From contig CAWILU010000006.1 of assembly GCA_963837055.1 (NCBI GenBank), forward strand, positions 513,455-577,454: a stretch of DNA of 64,000 bases, written 5' to 3'. How positions within the stretch are numbered: position 1 is the first letter of the stretch; each line of letters opens with the position of its first letter. Positions 38,912 to 48,271 of the stretch are shown here, in pieces. A program made the position numbers and the translations under genes. Source of the DNA: an uncultured Acidobacteriota bacterium. GTDB lineage: Bacteria; Actinomycetota; Acidimicrobiia; Spongiisociales; ZC4RG35. Below the pieces are notes generated by a model. It saw only the letters and a list, made by a program, of their open reading frames with translations, was not told the DNA's origin and did not search any database.

Positions 38912-39177
38912 GGACTCATACGGACTGGTCAGTACGCGGCGGCAGCCCGGGCCGACCGGCGTCTGTTTGGCCGAGACGGCGATCTGCGTTGATCCTCCTC
39001 GTCGGCTCGCTGAGGGTTGGTTCCGGCCAAAGCGGGCCCGCAAGATATGGGGGAACTTCCCTATACACACCTTAAGGAATCAGATGTATTCATAACGGTG
39101 GGTGGGCAAGAGGACCTTCCTCCCGGAGCCACATCCCGGAGGGGGGAGGAGACAACCGAGGCTTCTCTGAAGCCAGC

Positions 39178-39206
39178 AAGCCCCCGTCGCAAGACGGGGG
39201 CTTTTG
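39178..39206. terminator. bidirectional intrinsic terminator between convergent RR and fabH genes
   Basis: GCCCCCGTC-GCAA-GACGGGGGC followed by TTTT on the plus strand. It lies 3 nt beyond the fabH stop on the minus strand. Confidence 0.55.
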
Positions 39207-39208
39207 CG

Positions 39209-40186
39209 TCAGAACTGGAGGGCGGCGGCGGCCCAGTGAAAGCCCGCCCCGAATGCGGTGAGCACGACCAGGTCACCTTCTCCGATACGTCCCTGCTCCA
39301 CGCACTCCCACATTGCGAAAGGAACCGTGGCCGAACCGGTGTTGCCGTATTCGTGGACATTGACGAAGACCTTCTCCTCATCGACGCGCAGCTTCTTGCG
39401 AACGGCATCGATTATCCGCAGATTCGCCTGGTGTGGGATCACCAGCGCCACCTCGTCGACCGTCTTGCCGATCCGATCGAGTACCTCGGTCACGGCCTCG
39501 CTCATCCGTGCCACGGCCTCGGTGAAGACCCGACGACCGTCCATCACCAGCCTGTTGTACTCGCCCGATTCGAGGGTTTGCCTGTTGAACGGGTTGCGGG
39601 TGCCACCTGCGGCGAGGGTCAGGATGCCTGCTGCCGAGCCATCCGTTCCTGACACGACCTCGAGGATCTCGGCGCGTCCCTGATAAGGGCCGAGGACGAC
39701 CGCCCCGGCAGCATCGCCGAAGAGAACGGCTGTGGAGCGATCGGTCCAGTCGAGCATGCGGGTGATCAACTCCACCCCAACCACCAGAATCGTCCTGGGG
39801 CGAAAGGCGATCCTCGCCCGGGCCACGTCGAGGGCTTGGACAAAGCCCGCGCAACCCGATCCACCGAGGTCGTAGGTCGGGACATTGCGACACCCGAGCA
39901 AGTCCTGGAGAAGCGCGGCCGTGTCGGGTGTGTACATCTCCGGTGTGTCGGTGGCGACGATGATCTCGTCGATGTCGTCAGGGGTCAGACCGGCGTCCTT
40001 GACGGCGAGACCCGCCGCATTGCCGGCCAGGGTGAGGGTCGACTCCTCGGGGGCAGCGACCCGCCGCCGCTCGATCCCGGTGCGCTGTTTGATCCACTCA
40101 TCGGTGGTGTCGACCAGCGCCGCCCAGTCGTCATTGGTCATTATGCGCTCCGGCACGTACCCGCCGAACCCCAGGATGTGAGTCAC
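39209..40186 (-). CDS. fabH: beta-ketoacyl-ACP synthase III
   Basis: 325 aa. Catalytic Cys context DLGGSGCAGF; His/Asn HQANLRI and NTGSATVPF. Typical KAS III. Confidence 0.9.
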   Translation of the reverse strand: MTHILGFGGYVPERIMTNDDWAALVDTTDEWIKQRTGIERRRVAAPEESTLTLAGNAAGLAVKDAGLTPDDIDEIIVATDTPEMYTPDTAALLQDLLGCRNVPTYDLGGSGCAGFVQALDVARARIAFRPRTILVVGVELITRMLDWTDRSTAVLFGDAAGAVVLGPYQGRAEILEVVSGTDGSAAGILTLAAGGTRNPFNRQTLESGEYNRLVMDGRRVFTEAVARMSEAVTEVLDRIGKTVDEVALVIPHQANLRIIDAVRKKLRVDEEKVFVNVHEYGNTGSATVPFAMWECVEQGRIGEGDLVVLTAFGAGFHWAAAALQF

Positions 40187-40208
40187 GGGCGAAGCCTAAG
40201 AAGTGTCT

Positions 40209-41339
40209 TCACGGTCGAGGCCGGTATCGGTCCATGACTTCGACCAGAAGGTCGAGAGGAAGAGCGTGGGCGGTGTGGCCGGCCCGTCCGGTCATGGTCT
40301 CGGCGCCGCACAGGGCGTTGACGATGGCTTCCTCCGTGGCGTCGGCGGCGGCGTGGAACAACGAATCCATCGAGTCCAACGGAAGCGTCTTCACGTCGTA
40401 TGGGGCATCGAATTTCCCACCGAGATGATTGGCCGTCGAGAAGGCGATGAAGATGTCGCCACTCGACTCGTGTCCGTAGCCACCGACCCGGGCCAGCCCG
40501 ACAGTCGCCCGCTGTGCCAGCCGCCGGCTTTGCCCAGGGAGCAACGGTGCGTCGGTGGCGATGACCACGATGATCGACCCGCCTTGCGGAGGCTCCTCCC
40601 ACGCCGAAGGGACTTTGTCGATGCCGATCTCGCGGCCGACCGGCACTCCGTCCACCCGCAGATCCTCTCTCGACCCGTAATTGGCCTGGACCAACACACC
40701 GACGGTGTAGGGCTCGCCGGCGGCCGTCCCGACCCGGGACGAGGTCCCGATGCCGCTCTTGAAATCGTGACAGATCATGCCGGTACCACCGCCCACGCAC
40801 CCCTCGGCGACGGGACCCGGCGCAGCAGCGCCGAGAGCCTCAGCGGCGTGTTCGGCCGTGAGCGGAAACGACCCAGGTGTGCTCAGCCAGCCGTCCCAGG
40901 TCTCACCCACCACGGGGAGATGGAAGCCACCAACGACGCCGAGACGGTGAGTCTCGGCAACCAGGAAATCGCGGACCAGCCCGACCTGGGCGGTGCTCGT
41001 GATCCCGATGGGCGAGCCGAGCATCCCCGATTCCTCGACCCAGATCAGACCTGTCATCTCCCCGTCGCCGTTGAGCACGTGGCTTCCGGCGTAGACGTAA
41101 TCCGTCCACACGTCGACGCGTGGGATAACCATGGTGATCCCGGTCCGGACCACGTCGGGATCGTCCCGGATCAAGGTGGAATGGCCGACCAGGACCCCAG
41201 TAACGTCGGTGATCGCATTGTCCGGCCCGGTCTCCATGGTCCCGATCGCGAGGCCGAGCTGGCGCAGCCTGGACCGAGCCGAGGTGGGATCTGACACGGG
41301 CGGGACGCTAACCGGCGGCGTAACGTGCCGCGCTCCCAT
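40209..41339 (-). CDS. DmpA/S58 (P1) family peptidase: L-aminopeptidase / D-esterase, beta-aminopeptidase-like
   Basis: RLRQLGLAIGTMETGPDNAITDVTGVLVGHSTL ... TGITMVIP N-terminal signature. The start is ambiguous: the ATG at 41337-41339 overlaps the divergent aminotransferase ATG (CATG); an in-frame GTG at 41297 is the alternative. The track ORF (to 41474) is an extension. Confidence 0.7.
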   Translation of the reverse strand: MGARHVTPPVSVPPVSDPTSARSRLRQLGLAIGTMETGPDNAITDVTGVLVGHSTLIRDDPDVVRTGITMVIPRVDVWTDYVYAGSHVLNGDGEMTGLIWVEESGMLGSPIGITSTAQVGLVRDFLVAETHRLGVVGGFHLPVVGETWDGWLSTPGSFPLTAEHAAEALGAAAPGPVAEGCVGGGTGMICHDFKSGIGTSSRVGTAAGEPYTVGVLVQANYGSREDLRVDGVPVGREIGIDKVPSAWEEPPQGGSIIVVIATDAPLLPGQSRRLAQRATVGLARVGGYGHESSGDIFIAFSTANHLGGKFDAPYDVKTLPLDSMDSLFHAAADATEEAIVNALCGAETMTGRAGHTAHALPLDLLVEVMDRYRPRP

Positions 41340-42659
41340 GAGCGGCGAGTCATCGGTCTTCACCAGGAGCGACAAGGCCCTCCCCACCGCGGTGTCGGCA
41401 GGTGGGGCCTGGGTGACCGACGCCGATGGCAAGCAGTATCTGGACGCAGCCGGAGGTGCCATCGCCTCAGTCATCGGCCATGGCGATGGCGCGGTGGTTG
41501 CGGCGATGCTGGATCAGGCCTCGACCCTCGACTGGGTGCACGCCTCCGCCTTCACCTCGCAACCGGTGGAGAGGTACGCCCAAGCCGTGGCCGGCCTCGT
41601 CCCGATGGACCGCGCCCGGGTTTTCCCGGTCTCAGGCGGATCAGAGGCGATGGAGAGCGCCCTGAAGATGGCCCGGGCGTACCACCTCGCCCGGGGTGAG
41701 CACGATCGCACCGTTGTCATCGCTCGTAGCTGGTCCTACCACGGCAACACCCGGGGTGCCCTCGACGTCTCCGGTCGAGAGTCGTTGCGTCGTCCCTATG
41801 AGCCGTGGCTCGGGCAAACGGTGCGTGTGCCCGGGGTCAACGAGTACCGATGTCCCAACCCCGGCCATCCGGCTGGATGCGCCGTGTTCCATGCCGAGCA
41901 ACTGGAGGAAGCCATCCTCCGAACCGGCCCGGAACGGGTGGCCGTGTTCGTCGCCGAGCCGATCGGTGGCGCGGCCAGCGGGGCGGCCGTCCCCCCCGAG
42001 GGGTACTGGGAGGCGATCACAGACGTGTGTCGCCGGCATGGGGTCCTGGTGCTGGCCGACGAGGTGATGACCGGGTTCGGCAGGACCGGTGAGTGGTTCG
42101 CCTCCGATCATTTCGGGCTCCGTCCCGACCTGCTGATAGCGGCCAAAGGGGCGTCCTCCGGCTACTGGCCCCTCGGGCTGGCCATCGCGACGGGCGAGAT
42201 CCATGACGTCATCGCCGAGGCGGGAGGCTTCGTCCACGGCTTCACCTGGTCTCATCACCCGGTCGGGGCCAGCGTTGGTCTCGCCGTCCTCGACCGGATC
42301 GAGAAGCTGCGCCTCATCGATCGGGCCCGCGCCAGAGGAGAGGAGCTGCTGAGCAGGCTCACCGACTGCCCTCGGCGGCATCCCCATGGTCGGGAGACGT
42401 GCGAGGGACGGGCCTGCTGATCTGTGTCGACCTGGTAGAGGATCGCGAAACCAGAGCACCGTTCCCTCGTGCAGCGCGGATGACGGAGAACGTGATGGAC
42501 CGGGCCATGGAGCTCGGGCTACTCCTCTACCCGTCGACTGGCAACGTCGATGGGACGAATGGTGACTTCCTGCTCATCGGTCCCCCTCTGACCATCCTCG
42601 ACGACGAAATCGATCTGATCGTCGACCGGGTTGCTCGGGCGCTCACGGTGGCCGGATGA
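41338..42659 (+). pseudogene. class III (omega) aminotransferase, frameshifted near 42372-42378
   Basis: N-terminal YLDAAGG, then PLP-lysine region LLIAAKGASSGYWPLG. The conserved C-terminus DVRGTGLLICVDL ... PPLTILDDEID lies in ORF 42399-42659 in another frame. Confidence 0.75.
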
Positions 42660-43712
42660 GCCTGGTGGCAGTCTGGACGGACGGGTATCTCGCCCACGAT
42701 GCCGAATGGCTGGTGTGGGCGGGGATGCGCTTCGATGGCGACGAGGAGGCGGTTCGAGCGGAGCTCCTCAAAGCCGAGTTGGACCGGGCCGGAGTCCAGA
42801 TGGTCCCGGCCGAGGAGCACGGCCGCACCCCGATCGAGGCGGTGCACCTCCCGGACATGGTCGACTACCTCGAGACCGCGTATCAAGGCTGGGTCGAGGC
42901 CGGCTATCCGGCCGAGCATGGTTCCGACCGGGTGGTGCCATATGCCTTTCCTCATCCCGATGCGTTCGGGGCGTATCCGACCCGTCGGCCTCAGAGCAGG
43001 GCTGCGATGGCAGGCGTCTATTGCATGGACACCACTACCACGATCGGGCCGGGGACTTATCGGGGGGCGAGGGCGGCGGTGGATGGGGCACTCACCGCCG
43101 CTCGGACTGGTCCGCGACGGGGCACCGGCGGTCTATGCGCCGGTTCGGCCACCGGGGCACCATGCCGGCACCTCCTATTTCGGTGGCTCGTGCTATCTGA
43201 ACAACGTGGCGGTGGCGGCGAACTGGCTCGCAGATGAAGGAGACGCCCGGGTGGCAATCATCGACATCGATGCTCATCACGGCAACGGAACCCAGCAGAT
43301 CTTCTACGAGCGGAGCGATGTCCATTACCACTCGATCCACGTCGACCCGGGACAGGGCTGGTTTCCCCATTGGTGTGGCTTCGCCGAAGAGACCGGGGCT
43401 GGAGCGGGTGTCGGGGCGAATTGGAACATCCCACTGGCTCCCGGGGCCGGGGACGCCGAGTTTCTCGCCGCGCTCGATGGCGTGTGCAGGAGAGTCGCCG
43501 AGATCGAGCCCCACTTCCTGGTCGTGTCCCTCGGGGTCGACTCCGGAGCATCTGACCCGGAGAGCCCGCTCCGAGTGAGCAACGACGGATTCGTAGCAGT
43601 AGGGCAACGGCTCGTCTCCCTCGGTCTCCCCACGGTGCTGGTCCAGGAGGGCGGATACGACCTGTCTGCGCTGGGCCCGGATGTGATGGCCGTGCTAGAC
43701 GCTTTCCGTTGA
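42656..43712 (+). pseudogene. histone deacetylase family protein (acetoin utilisation AcuC / acetylpolyamine amidohydrolase-like), frameshifted near 43085-43100
   Basis: The N-terminus is in ORF 42656-43237. HDAC motifs RPPGHHA, GSCYLNNVAVAA and IDIDAHHGNGTQ are in ORF 42699-43712. ATGA coupling to the aminotransferase. Confidence 0.7.
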
Positions 43713-43718
43713 ACCTCG

Positions 43719-45575
43719 GTGACAGGGCTATCTTCTCACCACCTGTCGACGGAGGTGGCCTCGGTGAGCAAGCCCTATTGGCTTGGCAAAGACGTGGTCG
43801 GCGGCATTCCCAGCCAGCAGCGCCCTGATGTCAAGTCACCCGCGCATTGGCGTCTCGACGCAGTCTTCGCCACCGCTCGGCCCCACGACCCCGCCCTCAG
43901 CCCCGATGCCACACGTATCGCCTTCGTCCTCGACATCGAGGGGACCACAGACCTCTGGATGATCACTCTCGACAGCGGTGCCCTCACCAGGCTGACAACC
44001 GACCGCGGGCTGGTGGCCTTCTGGGAGGATGCGGCGCCGGTGTGGTCACCCGACGGGACCCGGATCGCCTACAACAGCGATGGCTATGCGTGGGTCGTGC
44101 CTGCCGATGGCGGGCCTTCTCGACGTCTTGTCTCAGGGTCGGCGGGCGCCTGGGTCGACGACCAGCATCTGACGCTGATCGTGGAGCGGGATGCCTTCTC
44201 CCGTCTCGCGGTGGTGGACGTCGATGAGCCCTGGCCCACCCCGATCGGGCCCGGCGACGGTGATGTCGGCCGCCCCCGTGTCACCAGCAACGGTCGAATC
44301 CTGATCTCCTACTGGCCCAAGGACGACTTCAGTCGGAGTGACATCGTCGTGGTCGATCCCGATGGGTCTTGGAGCACCCTGGTTGGGCATCCCGATCGGC
44401 GGGCGGCGAATCATGCCGTCGACTCCGACAACCGGGTGGCGTACACCCTCGAGGACGGAGACCGAGCCGGGGTCTTCCTCACGGATCTCGACGATGGCAA
44501 ACACACCAAGCTGGTCGGCGGTGAGCAGGATTTCTCCGATCTCGCCTGGCATGACGGCGGGCGGAGCCTGATCGCAACGGCGACAGCGAGGGGAAGGAGC
44601 GATCTGGTCCGGATCGGGCTGGACGGGACGGTCGACGTACTGGCCGAGGGCGGCATCTGGGACTGGCCCATCTCGACTGCTCAGGGTGTGGTGGCCGTGC
44701 ATGAGGCGTTCGACTCGCCTTCGTCGATCGTACTCATCGATCCGGACGACAATCGTTCGACGCTCTACGACGGAGCTCCGGCCTCGATTCGCTCGGCGCC
44801 CCATTCCAAGATGGAACGGGTGACCTTCAAATCATCGGATGGGATGGAGATCGAGGGGTTTCTCCTCCGACCGGCCGACACCTCCAGCCCGGTCCCGGCA
44901 GTCGTTTACCCACACGGGGGGCCAACCGAGCATTCCGGCGACGAGTGGGACGGTCATGCTCAATACTTCGTCGACAAGGGCTATGCCTGGTTGGCGATCA
45001 ATTTCCGCGGGTCTACTTCATACGGTCTCGCCTTCGAGCGAGCCAACCACGGAGACTGGGGCCAGGGTGATGTCGAAGACTGTGTCGCCGCCGCCGGGTT
45101 CTTGGGCGGGCTGGGCTGGGTGGATCCGAACCGCGTCGCCATATTCGGGACCAGCTACGGGTCCTATCTGACCTTCTCGTCGCTGGTTCACCCCGAGAAC
45201 CCATTTGCCTGCGGAGCATCGAAATACGGCGGAGACAGCGACATCCTCACCTCATGGGCCCAGGGAGACCGTGGCGGGCGCGAGGACCTGGAGCGAATGA
45301 TGGGGCATCCGAGCCAGAACCGGCGTGCCTATCACGCCGGGTCGCCGATCCATCAGATCGACCAGATCGCCCGGCCCCTTCTTTTCGCCCATGGGGAGAC
45401 TGATGCCCGGGTCCACCTCAAACAGTCGGAGGAACTGCTCGAGGCGCTCGATCGGGTGGGGGCCACATACGAATACATCACCTACCCGACCGAGGGCCAC
45501 GGATTGCTTCATCGAGAGCCCCACCTCCACTTCTACCGACGACTCGAGCGATTCCTCGACTGGTACCTGATGTAG
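43719..45575 (+). CDS. S9 family peptidase (prolyl oligopeptidase / acylaminoacyl-peptidase type) with an N-terminal beta-propeller
   Basis: The propeller has repeated WSPDG-like blades. The C-terminal alpha/beta hydrolase carries the nucleophile GTSYGS and the Asp/His residues HGETDARV ... EGHG. Confidence 0.85.
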   Translation: MTGLSSHHLSTEVASVSKPYWLGKDVVGGIPSQQRPDVKSPAHWRLDAVFATARPHDPALSPDATRIAFVLDIEGTTDLWMITLDSGALTRLTTDRGLVAFWEDAAPVWSPDGTRIAYNSDGYAWVVPADGGPSRRLVSGSAGAWVDDQHLTLIVERDAFSRLAVVDVDEPWPTPIGPGDGDVGRPRVTSNGRILISYWPKDDFSRSDIVVVDPDGSWSTLVGHPDRRAANHAVDSDNRVAYTLEDGDRAGVFLTDLDDGKHTKLVGGEQDFSDLAWHDGGRSLIATATARGRSDLVRIGLDGTVDVLAEGGIWDWPISTAQGVVAVHEAFDSPSSIVLIDPDDNRSTLYDGAPASIRSAPHSKMERVTFKSSDGMEIEGFLLRPADTSSPVPAVVYPHGGPTEHSGDEWDGHAQYFVDKGYAWLAINFRGSTSYGLAFERANHGDWGQGDVEDCVAAAGFLGGLGWVDPNRVAIFGTSYGSYLTFSSLVHPENPFACGASKYGGDSDILTSWAQGDRGGREDLERMMGHPSQNRRAYHAGSPIHQIDQIARPLLFAHGETDARVHLKQSEELLEALDRVGATYEYITYPTEGHGLLHREPHLHFYRRLERFLDWYLM

Positions 45576-45605
45576 GCCGGCGACCGCCGGTTACCTCAAG
45601 AAATT

Positions 45606-45630
45606 TCGGGAAAATGCCGATTTTTCCCGA
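45606..45630. promoter_or_regulatory. AT-rich perfect palindrome immediately upstream of the histidine kinase start
   Basis: TCGGGAAAA-TGCCGAT-TTTTCCCGA (9-bp arms) ending 1 nt before the GTG start at 45631. Candidate operator or weak terminator for the upstream peptidase. Confidence 0.3.
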
Positions 45631-47091
45631 GTGACACGGGTGAATCCCGATCTGACCCGTCAGCCATCGAGCTGGTGGGTCGTCCTGAGCTGGATCTGTG
45701 CCGGTCTCACTGCTGCCGCCGTGTTCGGCGCTATCGCCCTACAGCGTGAGTCTTCCAAGCCAATCGGCGAAGGGGAGGTGTTCGTCGCCGACACGGCCGA
45801 AGCCGACCGTCTCATCGCTTCTACCCCCGATCCGGATACAGGTGTGAGCAAGGCGCGCAACACCCTGGGGATCGAAGCCGTCTCGATCCTCGACGCCGAG
45901 GGGGTCATAGTCGCCTCCACGTCTGCCCCCTGGGTGGGCACGCCCGTCCAGAGCCCCCTTCTCGCATTCGGCGCGGCCGATGGCAGGCTCATGGCGCTGG
46001 CGTCGGCAATCGAGGAGGACCTGTGGCTCGACGACGTCGTGCAATGGCCCGCCGGGACCGTCCTGTATCAGGTCGTCGCCCCGCGAGCTACTGGCGGGTC
46101 GGTCGTGCTCCACTACGACGTGGCGGGTCTCCTCGGCCGGCGCACCCGCCCATGGGGTCTCCAGCCGATGTCGCTCCAGCTACTCGGGCTCGCCGTGATC
46201 TTCGGCGTTCTCACCGGCTCGGTGCTCATCGGGCACGCAAGAGCGGCCAGGCGCTATCGGACGGTGGAGCAGGAGTCGGAAACCCACCGGAGCAACTCGG
46301 AGGAGCTGACCCGGGCCAATGCCAGCCTCGAGCAGGCCCGGCACCAGGCCGAGGAGGCGCTTGCCCTCGCCGAGGAGAAGATCAGGATCCGGTCGGAGTT
46401 CGTGCTGATGATCAATCACGAGCTGCGGACCCCGTTGACCAGCGTCGTCACCGGGGCGGAGCTGCTGCGGTCCCGGGATCTCTCGGACGCCGATAGGACA
46501 GCCCTGCTCGACGCGATGGTTGCGGATGGGTCGAGATTGCAGGAGATCATCGACCAGATCCTGGCCGTGGCCCGGATCGAGAACCGGGGCCTGTCCTACG
46601 AGCTGGTCGAAGTGCCATTCGAGGATGTAGCCCGGGCGCTGGCGCTGGCCCACCCCGCTGCGCAGTCCGACATCGACCCTGACCCCGGCTCGGGGATCCT
46701 GGTCAACACCGATGTCGGAGCGCTTTGCCTGGTGGTGGCATCTCTGGTCGACAACGCGTTCACCCACGGCGCTCACGCCGTATCCGTCGGCTGCGACTCC
46801 CGACCCAGGGTGGTCCCTCAGATCGAGGTCGGCCACCGTCCAGAGAAAGCGATATTCATCACCGTGACCGATGACGGGCCTGGTATCGAGCAGGAGTTCC
46901 TCCCCCGGATCTTCGAGAAATTCGAAAAATCGAGCTTCTCGTCGGGAACCGGTCTCGGCCTCTATATGGCGCGCATGATCGTCGAGGCACTGGAGGGCTC
47001 TCTATCGGTCCAGTCATCGGCGGCGGGCACCACGTTCCAGATCTCGGTGCCGTCGTCCTCCGTGCGGGCACGGGTCGAGGTGATGACATGA
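45631..47091 (+). CDS. sensor histidine kinase (HisKA/HATPase_c) with a periplasmic sensor domain between two TM helices; orphan (no adjacent response regulator)
   Basis: GTG start. H-box LMINHELRTPLTSV; N/G-box VDNAFTHGA ... DDGPGIE ... GTGLGLYMAR. Confidence 0.85.
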   Translation: MTRVNPDLTRQPSSWWVVLSWICAGLTAAAVFGAIALQRESSKPIGEGEVFVADTAEADRLIASTPDPDTGVSKARNTLGIEAVSILDAEGVIVASTSAPWVGTPVQSPLLAFGAADGRLMALASAIEEDLWLDDVVQWPAGTVLYQVVAPRATGGSVVLHYDVAGLLGRRTRPWGLQPMSLQLLGLAVIFGVLTGSVLIGHARAARRYRTVEQESETHRSNSEELTRANASLEQARHQAEEALALAEEKIRIRSEFVLMINHELRTPLTSVVTGAELLRSRDLSDADRTALLDAMVADGSRLQEIIDQILAVARIENRGLSYELVEVPFEDVARALALAHPAAQSDIDPDPGSGILVNTDVGALCLVVASLVDNAFTHGAHAVSVGCDSRPRVVPQIEVGHRPEKAIFITVTDDGPGIEQEFLPRIFEKFEKSSFSSGTGLGLYMARMIVEALEGSLSVQSSAAGTTFQISVPSSSVRARVEVMT

Positions 47092-47456
47092 GACGCCGAC
47101 TCACCGTCCTGCTTCTCCTCGTCGTCGCCTGCAGCACGGTCTCCTCGTCCGACGACAACGGGTTCGCACTGAGCGAATGGGCGGTCGACGGTCCCGATCG
47201 TCTCCAAGCCGGAGCCGCCACCATCCCCGTCGAGAACAGGGGCGAGTGGTCGCACACGCTGTTGGTGACCTCCGACTCGGGCGACGTCGTGGCTTCGGCG
47301 GGACTTATCGAGTCGGGGGCGAGTGCCAGCTTCGCGGTCGATCTCGCCCCGGGGGTCTACGTCTTCAGTTGCCGCATCGTCGCCGAGGACGATGAAGGGG
47401 GAGTCAGCGACCACTACCAGCAGGGGATGGGTCGGACCGTGACCGTCACGGCCTGA
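47088..47456 (+). CDS. small secreted lipoprotein, possibly cupredoxin-like
   Basis: Signal peptide with lipobox LLLVVAC|ST. Its Cys/His/Met spacing (WSHTLLV ... FSCRIVAEDDEGGVSDHYQQGM) loosely resembles a type-1 copper site. Coupled to the HK by ATGA. Confidence 0.45.
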   Translation: MRRRLTVLLLLVVACSTVSSSDDNGFALSEWAVDGPDRLQAGAATIPVENRGEWSHTLLVTSDSGDVVASAGLIESGASASFAVDLAPGVYVFSCRIVAEDDEGGVSDHYQQGMGRTVTVTA

Positions 47457-47540
47457 TCCGACTGTTCCAGGGCGGCCACCGGTCGCCCCCCCTCTAGCTA
47501 CGGTTCGACCGTCGCCACTGTCTCCACCCCCCCGCGGTCA

Positions 47541-48257
47541 CTCCTCGATTACGAGGCCTTCAGCTTCGACTGCTACGGGACTCTGATCGACTGGGAATCG
47601 GGGATATGGGCCGCTCTCCAGCCGATGCTGCTGGCCAACGGGGCCGAGGTGACCAGATCAGATGCCCTCGCAGAATTCGGTCGAATCGAGTCGGCCCAGC
47701 AGCAAGCCACGCCGAGCCTCCTCTACTCCGACGTTCTCACCGTCGTCCACCGTGACTTCGCCTCGAGCCTGAGTCTTGACACAACCGATGAGCTCGACGC
47801 TGCCTTTGGGTCGTCGGTGCCCGACTGGCCGGCGTTCGCCGATTCGGCCGGCGCCCTTGCCGTGCTCGGTGAGAGGTACCGATTGGTCGTGCTGTCCAAT
47901 GTCGACCGTGCCAGCTTCGCCGGGTCGAATCTCAGGCTCGAAGTCGCCTTCGATGCCATCTACACCGCCGAGGACATCGGGTCGTACAAGCCCGACCCGG
48001 CCAACTTCGACTACCTACTACGTCGATTGGCGGAGGACTTCGAGATCGGGCCCGACTCAGTTCTCCACGTTGCGCAGAGCCTCTATCACGACCACGCGCC
48101 GGCCAAGGCCGCTGGTCTGGAGACGGTGTGGGTCGACCGGCAGCGCCTCTCCGCCGGCGGCGACTGGGGGGCGACCACGCCGGTCGAGGACCCGCCCGAG
48201 CCCGACTACGTCTTCTTCTCCATGGCGGACCTGGCCCGGGCGATCGAAGAGCCCTGA
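47541..48257 (+). CDS. HAD-IA family hydrolase (haloacid dehalogenase-like); start codon not identifiable
   Basis: HAD motif I FDCYGTLIDWE at 47565-47597 lies upstream of the first ATG (47625). Motifs II/III (VVLSN ... SYKPD) and IV (WVDRQ) are present. The frame is open back to the lipoprotein TGA (47454-47456), with no ATG/GTG/TTG in any frame across 47457-47600. Confidence 0.65.
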   Translation, partial: LLDYEAFSFDCYGTLIDWESGIWAALQPMLLANGAEVTRSDALAEFGRIESAQQQATPSLLYSDVLTVVHRDFASSLSLDTTDELDAAFGSSVPDWPAFADSAGALAVLGERYRLVVLSNVDRASFAGSNLRLEVAFDAIYTAEDIGSYKPDPANFDYLLRRLAEDFEIGPDSVLHVAQSLYHDHAPAKAAGLETVWVDRQRLSAGGDWGATTPVEDPPEPDYVFFSMADLARAIEEP

Positions 48258-48271
48258 GCGGCCGTCGTACG

